Positions 12,952 to 24,827 of a stretch of DNA of 64,000 nucleotides are shown here, in pieces (the first letter of the stretch is position 1; each line of letters opens with the position of its first letter). Source of the stretch: Paraspadella gotoi. Its lineage: Eukaryota > Animalia > Chaetognatha. The notes under the pieces are model-generated. The model had not been told where the DNA came from and made no database searches. It saw nothing but the letters and a program-made list of their open reading frames with translations. The translations under genes were made by a program, and so were the position numbers. Location of the stretch: assembly GCA_051294375.1 (NCBI GenBank), contig CM119266.1, forward strand, positions 25,317,731-25,381,730. Reading direction: 5' to 3'.

Positions 12952-15094
12952 TTTTTCCTTTTCTTCTTTTCTTTCTAACTATTTTTTCTTTCTTTCTTCT
13001 TTTTTTTTGCATTTACTTATCCCATTCATGTCTCTAAGCTCTCATCTGCCAATCTCACGCTCAGAGCGATACCGTCTCCTCTCTCTCCCTCTCGTCGTCC
13101 TTCCTCTCTCGTCTCCTCTTTTTTTTTCTTCTCTCTCTCTCTCGCATCTCTGCTCTCTCTCTCCTCTCTCTCTGGCCCGCGTTCTTTCCCTTCACCTCGG
13201 CTCCTCTTTCGTTCAAAAGCACCAAGAAGAAGAAAATCAACATTTTTTTCCCTCATCTTCAGACGCGAACCCTTTAAGTTTTTTTCTCGTTTTAACTTTG
13301 GCGAACTGAAGACCGCGAAAAGTCCTGAGGAACATGTTGTTTTACTCTTTTTTAAATTTCTGGGGAAAAATCGGGAAGAGTTTATGGCTCGATCCCGCCG
13401 AAAGAAAGTGGAAGGCGCGAGAGAGAGAGAGAGACAAGAGAGAGAGGAGAGGAGGGAGACGAGAGAGCAGAGAGACGACGAAATGTGGGGACGATAAATG
13501 GTGATCGCGGTGAGAAGAAGTGAGAGAGGAGAGAGAGAGTAAGAGAGAAGAGAGAGAGAGAGAGATGAGAGATGAGAGATGAGAGACGAGAGATAGAGAA
13601 GAGAGAGATAGTTAGACTAAATCGGAAGGAAAAAAGTAAGTAATGAATAAAGAGAGTCGGAAACAGAAGAAGAACCAGGTTCTTTGATCCTGTTTTAAAA
13701 GCGAAGCTTAATTGGTTGCGGGGTCAGAAAATGATGAGTTTTTCCCGGACAGACTCTGTTGATTCTCATCTCCAATTGACTAATCTCTCTATGTTCGATA
13801 TTTAACATGTTAGAGAAAAAAAACACAACCACACAAAATAAGCCAAATGGTGCAGGCAGCAGAGTCATGCGAATCTAAGAAGATAGACCGCAAATTGTAC
13901 GTTTTAAATAAAAAGATTAATAAATTTAGCCGCGTACGATCATCGAATTATAGCTTTTTCTTGAGCAGAAAATCAACAAGGAAAACCTAAAACAAAAGTG
14001 GCAGACTGATGACGGAATGACATACACGTAACAGGAACCTTCTTTTTGTCTCGGTTCGATTCGCCAAAGCCTTATCCGGACCATGACTTCACGAGTCGAG
14101 TCGCCCCTGTTCTTCAATTGCGTAGACTAATGACGCTCACTATAAACCCAATGAAGACGGAAAGTACCGGATATAAGGCGGGAACGACTGCACTGCAAAC
14201 GATGGAGAATAAAAATCCTAATACGCACTCCACGAATAGGAAAAGAGAACCGACAAGAAGTATTCGAAAGGAAGAAGAGGTTCTATTGATCTTCGCCGAC
14301 TTTCCTTTTTATGTTCTGCTCTTTTAGGCGAAAGAGAAGAGAGAAGAAGAGAGAGAGAGAGAAAGGAGAGAGCGAACGCAGGATGACGAGAGAGAGAGCA
14401 TGAGAGTAGAGAGAGAGAGAGAGAGGAAGGAGAAGCCATTGAGAGAGAGAGAGAGAGAATGAGAAGAAAGAAGAGAACGAAAGGAGAGCGGAGAATTCGC
14501 TTCGAAGCAAAGAGAAGGGACGAAGGGGCTGCGGCAATCGAAAGAATCGAGACAGGAGGAGCAGTAGAGAAAGGAGCAGAGAGAGAGAGAGAGAGAGAGA
14601 GATAGCAGAGAGAGAGAATAGACGAACGAGAGAGAGAGCAGCAGAGAAGTAAGGAAGAGACCCCGAAACGTACATTCAGAGTTTCCGCCGAACCCCAAAG
14701 AAGTTGCTCACTTTCCCGCCGGCAAAGAATTGTCGATTGCCGCTACTGGGGGAAGCGGCGATAGATGAGGGGCGGGCTGATGAGTGGACGAACATACGAG
14801 TGGGTAGAGGGGAGTAAGAGGTGTGGAGGGTGTTGAAGCGGGCGAGTGATGTGCAACCTTCCGGGCGTTTGGTCGGATCAGCCTCAACACAAAGTTGTTA
14901 TGGTCGTCCAAGACTGAATGCGAATTTGTGGAGATGAAATTGAGAGAGAGAAAGAAGAAAGAGAGAAAGTCAGTGAGAGAGAGTCAGAGAAAGAGAGAGA
15001 GAGAAGAGAGAAGAGCAGAGAGACGAGAGAGAGAGAGAGAGAGAGAAATGGATACTCTGGGAGTGGAAAATCGAAAAAAGACTTGGGAACATAC
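12952..15094 (+). repeat. Direct duplication copy 2, starting immediately after a 25-N gap
   Basis: Appears base-identical to 10282-12424, including the microsatellite tracts. Confidence 0.97.
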
Positions 15095-16330
15095 CTGACG
15101 ATTGAAACAGGAGCAAAGAAAATAACTGAGGTAATACGAGGTCAATCCAACGACAGATTGGAGAAGGAATAAGGACCGGGCCGGCCATTGAGAGAAGGGG
15201 AAATCCATATGGGATGCAACTTAGTGGTTGAAGGACAGGGGATGGAGACTTGGGGACGGGAGGTTGCTTCGAATGAGTTGAGTTTGTGGTGAGGGATTAC
15301 GAAATGGGTGAAACGAAAGGTTGAGCAAAGAAGCTAGGTACGAGCGATTGCCTTCTATATACTTCAATGAAGTTTTCATTGCTAATTCAAATGTGTATGT
15401 CTATTAAAATGAATCTCTAAATCGTTTCGTCTAATTTTTCCCGCTTCAGTTAAAGGTCGCTCCTGATGACTCATACTCAACTAACCTCAACTCAACTCGA
15501 ACCGTAACATCTGAATTTGCATGTAACAGAAACTAAAGGAACAAATTGAAGAGAACCGAAACGGAGTCTAAAATTAGAGAAGAACACATATCCTTTATAT
15601 AACGGTTGTTAAATAGTTAAAGATAACCTACTTAATTTTTTAAATATTTCCATGAGTAAACAGATTTAGACTAGAGAGAGAATAGAAATAGGGAGCATGA
15701 AGGAAAAACTTTTGCGTCGTCAATGCTCCTTTTTTGAAACTAACTTCTTTTAAAAAGGCTTCCGTCCGCAAAACATAGTCAAAACCTACCCAAGTTAATA
15801 GTACAGCGAAGCAGACTCAGTGAAAGCATAAAGATTAAATATATTATAGAACCAGGAAAAGGTTTTAAAAAAAGACCTAATAAATGGAATCAATAACCGT
15901 GGAAGGAAAGATGTTTAAGAAAGAGCGTCGAAAAAAAAACTACGTATAACATTGTAAAAAACCTCTTAGACTAGCAATCTGATTTATTTTAAATTAGATT
16001 TAAAAAACAGGCTTTCACAAACGATTTAAATTTCTTTCAAGAACAAAGCGTCCGGAATGAATCTATTTTCTACACACGTAAGATTGCGTTCAAAAATGTG
16101 TTTCCGGTGTTTTAACGAGAAGAATATCGCCTGCGCAGAACCGGATCAACCCTCGGAAAAAACTTATTTCTTCCGCAGCATCCTTACTCTTAAGATCGGT
16201 CCCCCCTTGAAACGTGCCAATACCACAGATTTCCTTCCTTCTTCCTTCTTTCTTTTCTCTCTTTCTTCTCTTTCTTTTCCATTTCCTGCATCTTCCTTTC
16301 TTCGTCCTCTCCGCCTTTTTCTTCTCTCCT
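15095..16330 (-). repeat. Noisy inverted copy of ~8540-9765
   Basis: 15171 aaggaccgggccggccattgagagaagggg matches the reverse complement of 9663-9693. 15555 ccgaaacggagtctaaaattagagaagaacacatatcc matches the reverse complement of 9279-9315. Confidence 0.9.
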
Positions 16331-16375
16331 TCCTCTTCTCTCTCTCTCTTCTCTCTCTCTCTCTCTCTCTCTCTC

Positions 16376-16476
16376 CTCTCCTCCTCTCTCTCGTTCCTCC
16401 TCTCTCCTTCTCTACTCTTCCTCTCGTTCTCGCTCTTCTCGTCCGCTCATATCTCTTCTCTTCCTCCCCTCTCTCG
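16376..16476 (-). repeat. Exact inverted copy of 7501-7601 (the flank of a 25-N gap)
   Basis: The translated string LLLSLVPPLSFSTLPLVLALLVRSYLFSSSPLS occurs in both ORF 7450..7818(-) and ORF 16057..16518(+). Confidence 0.9.
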
Positions 16477-16900
16477 AAAAAAGAAAAAAGAAAAAAGAAA
16501 AAAGAAAAAAGAAAATAAAAAAGAAATAACTACGAAGTCGAACTGCATAACGTTTTCCATCATTTTCATCTTTTTTTCAAAACTCCATGGAAGAAAAAAA
16601 AAGTGAATAAATGTATAAATTAGGAGAATTCAACAAAAAAAATATATATCGGATTCCTAAGAAAAAAGGTGAAGGAAAAGTCGGGCGAAACGCGACGCTC
16701 CCGACTTTTGCAAATTTCTGGGGGAAAAAAGATTCGTTCCCTGAGAAAGTATAAACTTTTTGAATATTCACTAATAATTCTAATAATTCTACTAATTTTC
16801 TCATAAATATTTCCAAATTTATTTCTTTTATTCCCATAATTACTGGTTCGAAAAAAAAAATTTAAAGCGTTTAAAGTTCTTATCCTTATTAATAAAGATA
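16477..16900 (-). repeat. Noisy inverted copy of ~9826-10281
   Basis: 16686 cgaaacgcgacgctcccgacttttgcaaatttctggggg matches the reverse complement of 10023-10063. Confidence 0.9.
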
Positions 16901-18207
16901 TAATAACAATAATTCTTTCGGTCATTAGAATTTGTAAAGAATTCTACTTACACTAAGAGACTAATAGATTCGCGCGAGTTTTCAAAAACTAGGCTAAGAA
17001 TATGTACAAATCTAGCATAATATTTATTCGATACAAATTTTTTTCGGGGCTCACTATTTTTTAACCATAAAATCTGGAAAACCATATCAAACTTTATAAA
17101 CTCTTGAGTCATTGAAGNNNNNNNNNNNNNNNNNNNNNNNNNNNNNNNNNNNNNNNNNNNNNNNNNNNNNNNNNNNNNNNNNNNNNNNNNNNNNNNNNNN
17201 NNNNNNNNNNNNNNNNNNNNNNNNNNNNNNNNNNNNNNNNNNNNNNNNNNNNNNNNNNNNNNNNNNNNNNNNNNNNNNNNNNGTCGTGACGTCGTGACGT
17301 AAGATCGGGACGTCGCCTCGATTCGAGGTCGACTCGACATTAGAATTTTTTTTTCCTTCAATATATTTCTAAGTCGAGATAAAAAGGATAAACTGTTAAT
17401 AATTTTACTGAAAAAAAAACAAATTAATTAAAAAATTGCTGATAGGCAATTTTTTTTTATAGGAAAAAATTTAATTTTAATTAAATAAATTTTAAATATT
17501 TAAAAAAAAATTTTAATTAAATAAATTTTAATTAAATAATTTTTTTGCTGACAGGCAAAATTAAATACAAGCTTTATATAAAAGACCTAGTATAATATAA
17601 CTTGATCTAGATAAGAATCTCGTTACCTCTGTCCTCGGGCGTCGATCCAACTCGACTCGATTTCCTCCGATTCCCTTTTGTTTTTTTCTTGTTTTTTGTT
17701 TTTTGTTTTTTTGTTTTTTTTTCGCTGAGAAATTCAAGGGAAAAAAGATTATTTCTTGTATATATAGTATATACTAAGAAAACAAATTTTTGACTTTTAA
17801 CAACGAATTTGTTTCATTTAATAGCAGACATGTTTCGAACATTATTCAGTGTAATTTTGCATTTTATATACACAAATTTTATATAATTATTTTTGTTAAC
17901 TTTTAATTTTAATTTCGCTTTTTTTATTCTCTAAAAACCTCGTTTTCTTTTCTTTTGCATTCGATTTTTTTCATATTTTTCTATTTTTATTTTCTTTTTT
18001 TCTTTTTTCCTCCCTTTTTTTTCTCTTTTCATTTCCTTCGTTTTCTTCTATTTTTTAAATTTTCTTCTTATTGTCCTTTCCTTTTCCTCTTTCTTCTTTC
18101 GCTTTTCTCTCCTTCTCTTCTCATTTTATTTTTCTTTTCTCACTATTTTTTTTTCGCTTTGGCTTTGAAGTGGCAACAAACCGCGCGCCTTGAGGAGAAT
18201 AAATATT

Positions 18208-18907
18208 ATCTAGAATCGGCGACGATTGCGATCAGGGCTTTCTTTNNNNNNNNNNNNNNNNNNNNNNNNNNNNNNNNNNNNNNNNNNNNNNNNNNNNNNN
18301 NNNNNNNNNNNNNNNNNNNNNNNNNNNNNNNNNNNNNNNNNNNNNNNNNNNNNNNNNNNNNNNNNNNNNNNNNNNNNNNNNNNNNNNNNNNNNNNNNNNN
18401 NNNNNNNNNNNNNNNNNNNNNNNNNNNNNNNNNNNNNNNNNNNNNNNNNNNNNNNNNNNNNNNNNNNNNNNNNNNNNNNNNNNNNNNNNNNNNNNNNNNN
18501 NNNNNNNNNNNNNNNNNNNNNNNNNNNNNNNNNNNNNNNNNNNNNNNNNNNNNNNNNNNNNNNNNNNNNNNNNNNNNNNNNNNNNNNNNNNNNNNNNNNN
18601 NNNNNNNNNNNNNNNNNNNNNNNNNNNNNNNNNNNNNNNNNNNNNNNNNNNNNNNNNNNNNNNNNNNNNNNNNNNNNNNNNNNNNNNNNNNNNNNNNNNN
18701 NNNNNNNNNNNNNNNNNNNNNNNAATCAGGGCTTTGTTTTATCTAGAATCAACGACGATTGCGATCAGGGCTTTCTTTTATCTAGAATCGGCAACGATTT
18801 GCAATCAGCGCTTTCTTTTATCTAGAATCGGCAACGATTGCGATCAGGGCTTTCTTTTATCTAGAATCGGCGACGATTGCGATCAGGGATTTCTTTTATT
18901 AGGAATC
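18208..18907 (+). repeat. 39-bp minisatellite spanning a 478-N gap
   Basis: Unit ATCTAGAATCGGCGACGATTGCGATCAGGGCTTTCTTTT. One copy lies left of the gap and ~4.5 head-to-tail copies lie to the right. Confidence 0.93.
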
Positions 18908-19689
18908 TGTGAATATGAAGTTGAGAGTATGTTACAATAAATCGTGCAATATGAACGGTCAATTAAATTTTTTTGTTCAAAACGTTGCTACTCTTAATAA
19001 AGGAAATAAATCATTCCTTGTACGTCAATCACTCGAATCAAAAGTAGGTAAAACGTGCCTGTTTTCGAATCTTGCGGAGTTTGTTTAAAACATGCAAGAT
19101 TATACAATATACATTTATTTATATTATATCTTCAGTTTAAATTCTAACTTCTTCACTTTTATTGAAAGTTAAAACTTATGCAGGGACGCCCAGCTCTTTT
19201 GTGACTAAAATAAAAAAATGTTTAGACAGGTAAGAATAATAATATGAAAATCGGTACACATGTAAAAAATTGTACTTCCTCCGAATTTAAAAAACATTTT
19301 TTTTCGTAAGAAGGAAAAGAAAAGAGAAAATGGCGACGTCATTAAACCTCGAGCGACGCGAAATTTCGAACCCATAAATTTCGATGTGAATTTCATAAAT
19401 TTGATCTCGGGTGAAATAAAGATTAAATTAGTGGTTTTAATGCGCAGAAAATTTTCGAAGCCACTGTATTCTGATTTTTTTTCGGGAGGTATTAATCTTC
19501 CGAGGTTTTAACCTGTGAATTTTTTATAAGTGAGAATTGATAAAAAAAATTAAATCCCGGCGGAATTTTTGAGAGTTGAGTTTGAGCGAATCGAATCCAG
19601 TGAGTCAAGTGAAAAGTGAAAACGTGAAACGTGATACGTGAAAAGGTAATTTTAAATTCGTCAACTGAAAAATTGAGGAAAAGAGAAAA

Positions 19690-19690
<1 letters not shown>

Positions 19691-19721
<31 letters not shown>

Positions 19722-19722
19722 T
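19691..19722. repeat. (GAC)n trinucleotide microsatellite
   Basis: About 10 perfect units. Similar tracts occur at 5820 and 48616. Confidence 0.9.
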
Positions 19723-21660
19723 GGAAGAACCAACGATGGAATTTGGAATCGAAAGACAAAAGTTCCGTCTTTTCATTTAATCTTCGACCTTGGTTCGCGC
19801 TCTCTCTCTCTCTCTCTCTCTCTGTCTTTTTCGCACTCCCTTTCCATTTTTTCTCCCTCTCTCCCTTCAGTTTCGTTTTCCTCCGACTCTTCGCCTCTAA
19901 AACTCATTTGCATATTTGAGTCCGTTGCCAATCCGCGTCTCTTTCGAAATTTGAAATGAAAATGAGGGACGACGGAGGTAGGGGGGTGCGTAAACCAGTA
20001 GCAAATTACATCCGGGAGGTAATCTTTAGTTCCCGGATGTCACCGGAAACGGGATGAGCAATTTTCAGGTTTTCCCCGGAATCGTTTAATGTTCTTTTTT
20101 ATTTTTTACAAGGGAAGACTTTTTTTTCTCTTTCCTTCCTTTTTTTTTATGCTCCCGTTTTGCGTCTCCATCGTAAACAGATTAACCGCTTTAAAAAAAA
20201 GAGAAATGGGAGAAGGAGAGAGAGAGAGAGAGAGAGAGAATGAGATAGAGAGAGTCTAGAGGAATACCTCATTCCCTTTCGGTTATTAGAACTGATGAGA
20301 ATCATTCGTATGCAATGTTTTCCCCCTTTTTTTTTTCTTGCGGGTGTCGCACCTGACGCCTGGTTTGCGGCCGGAACTGCTGACTGAGTCGAGGCAACTA
20401 AGAAGAAAAGATCCATCGTTAAGCGTTAGACGTGAGCGTTAGACTGAGCATGCTTGATTCGCTTTTAACGAGATTATAATCTCCATATCAAGATTGATTG
20501 ATAAAAAGTCAATGTTCTATTCTTTATTATATTCATTCCTAATCTCCATTTTCACCGGCCTCGCTCCCTTTGTGAATTACTTTCTTATTCTGGTACTTCT
20601 TGCGCTCCATTTTTTTTCCGGTCGCCGCTTTTGCCCACCCCCGCTAAAATGCCTACAGATTTTGGACTTTAATCATATTAACCGCTTGTTCAAAGGACAA
20701 GTTGAGTCGATTCGTTGCATTTTATTTGATTAGTTTAAAGTTCTTTTTTTTTTACAATATTCATAAACAAACTAAAAACACCGTCAGGCAGATACACAAA
20801 CCGACAGACTGTCGGACAAACAGAAAGAAAAAAAAGACCAGTCTGCAAAAAAAAACAAAAAAAAAACTAACACTAGCCGACTAACCTCTTTTCAATTTCG
20901 CCCCGACAGACCGACTTACCGACCTGTCTCCTCGCCGACCCGCCACCCTCTGGCGGCGTTTCCCCCTCGCCGCTCGCTTTTAAATTCGTCCGCTGGGAGT
21001 CGGAGATGCGCCTCCCTTTTCTCTTGAAGAAGAAAAAACTTTGCTGACTTTGTAAACTTTGCTATGGAAAGGTTGAGAAAGGGAGAAAGAGGGGAGGAGC
21101 GGTAAAATGAGGAGAGGGAGGAGGAGGAGGAGGAAGAGGAGGAGAAGGAGGAAGAGGGGAGGAGGGGTGAAATGAGGGGAGGGAGGAGGAAGAGGAGGAG
21201 AAGGAGGAGGAGAGAGGAAGGAAGTGAAACAACGAAAGGCTCGGGGAAAAGGAGACCAATGAGAAGGGCAAAAAAATATGAGTTGAGTACTAGGAAACTA
21301 AGAAGGTACTCGAGAGTAAAAAAGCTGACGCGATGCCGCAAAACGCATAAAGCTCAAAAATTATTACAAATTCCAGTTTATATCAAGTGACTTACTAAAA
21401 AAACGCAAACGCAGAAAAGCAGTATTTATAGCTGCAGCACAAATATTCTTCCGAAGACAACGCTCGATCGCAGCAAAAACAAATAAACAAGCGAACGAAC
21501 GAACAGAAGAACGAAAAATAAACAAAAGAGAGAAAAGTTAAACTTATGAACAGATAATGACGAGATGGTGATGACGACGTTGACGAAGACGACGACGACG
21601 ACGATAACGATAACGATTTTCCTTTTGACGACGATGAGTCTGCATAAAGAAATCAAGTCT

Positions 21661-21664
<4 letters not shown>

Positions 21665-21701
<37 letters not shown>

Positions 21702-21936
21702 TTCTTCATCTGCTTCTCCTCTCTCTCTCTCTCTCTTCTCTTTCTCTCTACTCTTCTCTCTTCTCTCTCATTTATTCTCTTCTCTCTCTTCTCTTCTCTC
21801 TCTCTCTGTCTCTCTCTCTCTTCTCTCTCTAATTTTTCCTTTCTATCATTAGTTTTCATCTAAATGGAACGAAAATGGAACAAAAAGCGAATATCGATGG
21901 GGCAGCAAAAATGCTATATGTATCCCTTCTTTAATT

Positions 21937-21971
<35 letters not shown>

Positions 21972-22015
21972 CTTCTCTCTCTCTTTCTCTCTCTCTCTCT
22001 CCTCTCCTCCTCTTC
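21665..22015. repeat. Two imperfect (CT)n tracts
   Basis: Directly visible at 21665-21830 and 21940-22015. Confidence 0.85.
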
Positions 22016-22653
22016 CCTCACAAGTCTCAAAAAATGTACCCTTTTGGTGTTTACACTTAATTTTTTCTTCTTTTTAGTAGAAATCAAATGAAAAAGCGAC
22101 TGTGATCCTCCAAATGACTTTTTCGTGATCCTCAGCGAAATCATATTTCTTTGTCAACAAAAAAATTGAGCGACGTTGATACATCGACCGCCTCTTCTTT
22201 CTGTCTCAGCGGTCGAGGGGTCAAACAACAACAACAACGTCTAGGGGTCAAAGGTCACCGCCGGAGAATTAGATCGAAATCGTTTGTCGCCGAGAAGACT
22301 TAACGTCAGTGGAGCGGGCCGCCCGGCTTCGGGTCCGTCTCCGGATCCGGCCGCTCGAGCTTCGGTCTCCGCCCGCGCAAAATGGTCTGAGTCGCGTCGC
22401 ATAAAATCTCGACTGTATTTGAGTTTAAATGTATTAAACAGTTAATGTTTCATTCAGTCCTTTCATTCATTATTATTTCTGAACGACATTCATATTTACT
22501 TTTACATTTACTCGAGGTGACCGAGATAAATTCATATTTATAAATTATTTCGAGCCTCGGAAAAAAACTTCTGTTACTCAAAATATCTCGCTGAGTTGTG
22601 GACCCGATGCGCCCGTTTATTTCTTGAGAAAAAAAAAGAATATGAATTTTTGC

Positions 22654-22706
<53 letters not shown>

Positions 22707-23228
22707 AGTGGGAGTGGCGGTTTCCGATTCCTGCTCAATCCATATGTACATATAACTTTGTTCATTTAACAAGTCCTGTATATATGTTAGACGCACTTTC
22801 TTCACACGCAATTCCATCTCACAATCGCACAATCGCCTTTCCCGCCAAATCGCTTCCCCGAGCTCCGCCATATTTTTCTGCCCTCAGTCCAGCGTCTCAA
22901 TTAATTAGGTGTTATTTTCCGGGGGAGATTCCCGAGAGGAAAACGGGTCAGAGAATTGACCCCGGGGGTTGGCGGTGGGGGGGGGAGAGAGAAGGAGGGG
23001 CGTTGAGGGGTTGTCGTTAGAGGGAGGATATCAGAGAAGAGAGTGTCAAAGGCAGTGATATAAATTATGGCTGCCGGTTGAATAAGGGCCACATTTTTTA
23101 ACGATCTAACAATTACATTGATAGTAACAAAAACATTAAAACGTTCAATTGAGCCAGCCTCAGTTGATAAAATCCGATAGGCACAGCATGTAGATTAGCG
23201 AAACACCTCTGTAGGGAGCAAAAATATG

Positions 23229-23298
23229 GCCGAAATCGTTGCCAAAACAATTGCCAAAACTATGGCCCAAATGATTGCCAAAATGAGCGCTAAAAATA
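23229..23298 (+). repeat. 12-bp degenerate tandem repeat (~6 units)
   Basis: gccgaaatcgtt gccaaaacaatt gccaaaactatg gcccaaatgatt gccaaaatgagc gctaaaaata. Confidence 0.75.
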
Positions 23299-23321
23299 AA
23301 TGGAGCAACAATAAAGAAGCC

Positions 23322-23468
23322 TTTAGACGTTTACGCATTTTCAGATCCGAGCAAAAAAATTTAAATCCCAAAACAAAAGTCGTACTTGAGTGTGATATTT
23401 GCGTGAATTTCGTGTGTAAAACGAGGCAGTAGAGAACAACAAAAATAGTCCTAAGCTGGCCAAAATAG
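23322..23468 (+). pseudogene. Possible degraded piggyBac-type transposase C-terminal Cys-rich domain
   Basis: One frame reads FRRLRIFRSEQKNLNPKTKVVLECDICVNFVCKTRQ*RTTKIVLSWPK*. The KT…C-x2-C-x4-C core is intact. The flanking C-x2-C pairs would have decayed (LRIF, WPK*). Confidence 0.35.
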
Positions 23469-23796
23469 TTCGGTGGGGGCCGAAATGCGAAAAAGGCCAG
23501 AGGGGGCAAAACGAGCCGGTGGAGGCCAAAAAAAAAAAAGGAGAAAAGCCAAGAAGGGGCGAAGCGAGCGCGGAAGGGCAAAACCCTTATTGAAAATCGT
23601 TGGTGGAGGTCGAAAAGCTCTCGCTCTCGCGCGTCGTGGGCGGCATCGGCGGAGTGAGGGCGAGGTGGGTAAGGTTCGGTGGGGAAAGTGAGGGAAAGAG
23701 AAGTTGGAGGGGTTAGTATTGAAGAGAAAAGCTAGAGGTATTTAGAAGTAAGTGTCCTACCTCCTTTCTTTCCCCCCCAAAAAAATTGAATTTAAA

Positions 23797-24095
23797 CGGA
23801 GAAATCAAAGGGAGTTGTCCTGTGATACTATTGAAACATTCCATGAATTAATATACCACTCTATGTTAGGTAAGCCAGGAACTCTGTTAGTGTATAAACT
23901 AGACAGTGAGAGAGTCTCGATTGAAAGCTTGCAGAGACCCGCTATGTCATTATCTTGTAAGAGTGATGGAGGCCTTAAACCATAGTAACCTGTCCAAAGT
24001 CAAGGGCGAGAGAGATTATTTTTTTTGAATGAATTGATATTATTTATATTGGTTGTAACAATTTCATTAATTAGAGGATATAAAGAGTTAAATAA
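23797..24095 (+). repeat. Sequence shared with 2220-2640 (unclassified interspersed repeat or misplaced read)
   Basis: Reverse-complement similarity, as described for 2220-2640. Confidence 0.7.
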
Positions 24096-24789
24096 TTAAA
24101 TAATTAATAAATAATAAATAATAATAATTAATAAATAATTACTGTCTCTTCACCATATCTTTGTGGATGTCTTTTCCGATTTCATTGATAAGGAAGTGAA
24201 AATGGTATTTTTTTCTAGTAAATATGACAAATAATAATATCCTCGGGTATGGCCGATTTTTTTGTTTTTTTTAGCATCGGAATCGAAATTGGTCGTTCAA
24301 AAAGGGAGCCAAGGGTATGAGCAATGAGCACGAGCAGGGTCACTAGGATGAGTAGGGTTAGCTTCAATGGAAGCGTCGGTTGGGAGGGGACAAACATTTC
24401 CAATTGCTTCTTCCGCCAACCAGTTGCCAAAATACTATATTAATCGGCGCAAGGGAATTTTTATTATGCGCTACAAGTTTTAATTTTGATCAATTCGTCA
24501 ATAATATAACTAATACTGTAATTGAAACATAAATAAATATCTTAGAAAAAAAATACAATGATGAGACGGAAAAGAAAATGTCGCGCCAAAGGAGACGAGT
24601 GGAGGTGGAAGTCAAACGGGTGGGCAGCAGAGGGCCATAAAAAGACCGATAGAGAGAGAAAGAAAGAGAGAGAGNNNNNNNNNNNNNNNNNNNNNNNNNN
24701 NNNNNNNNNNNNNNNNNNNNNNNNNNNNNNNNNNNNNNNNNNNNNNNNNNNNNNNNNNNNNNNNNNNNNNNNNNNNNNNNNNNNNNNNN

Positions 24790-24827
<38 letters not shown>

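Noticed and set aside
18208-18907. CRISPR-like array (39-bp partly palindromic repeats)
   Set aside because: The units are head-to-tail with no unique spacers, there are no cas genes, and the context is eukaryotic.
24298-24430. Minus-frame peptide WQLVGGRSNWKCLSLPTD, vaguely like the GGGxNYxCLP motif of short-chain collagen C4-like proteins
   Set aside because: Too few matching residues and no supporting neighbouring motifs.
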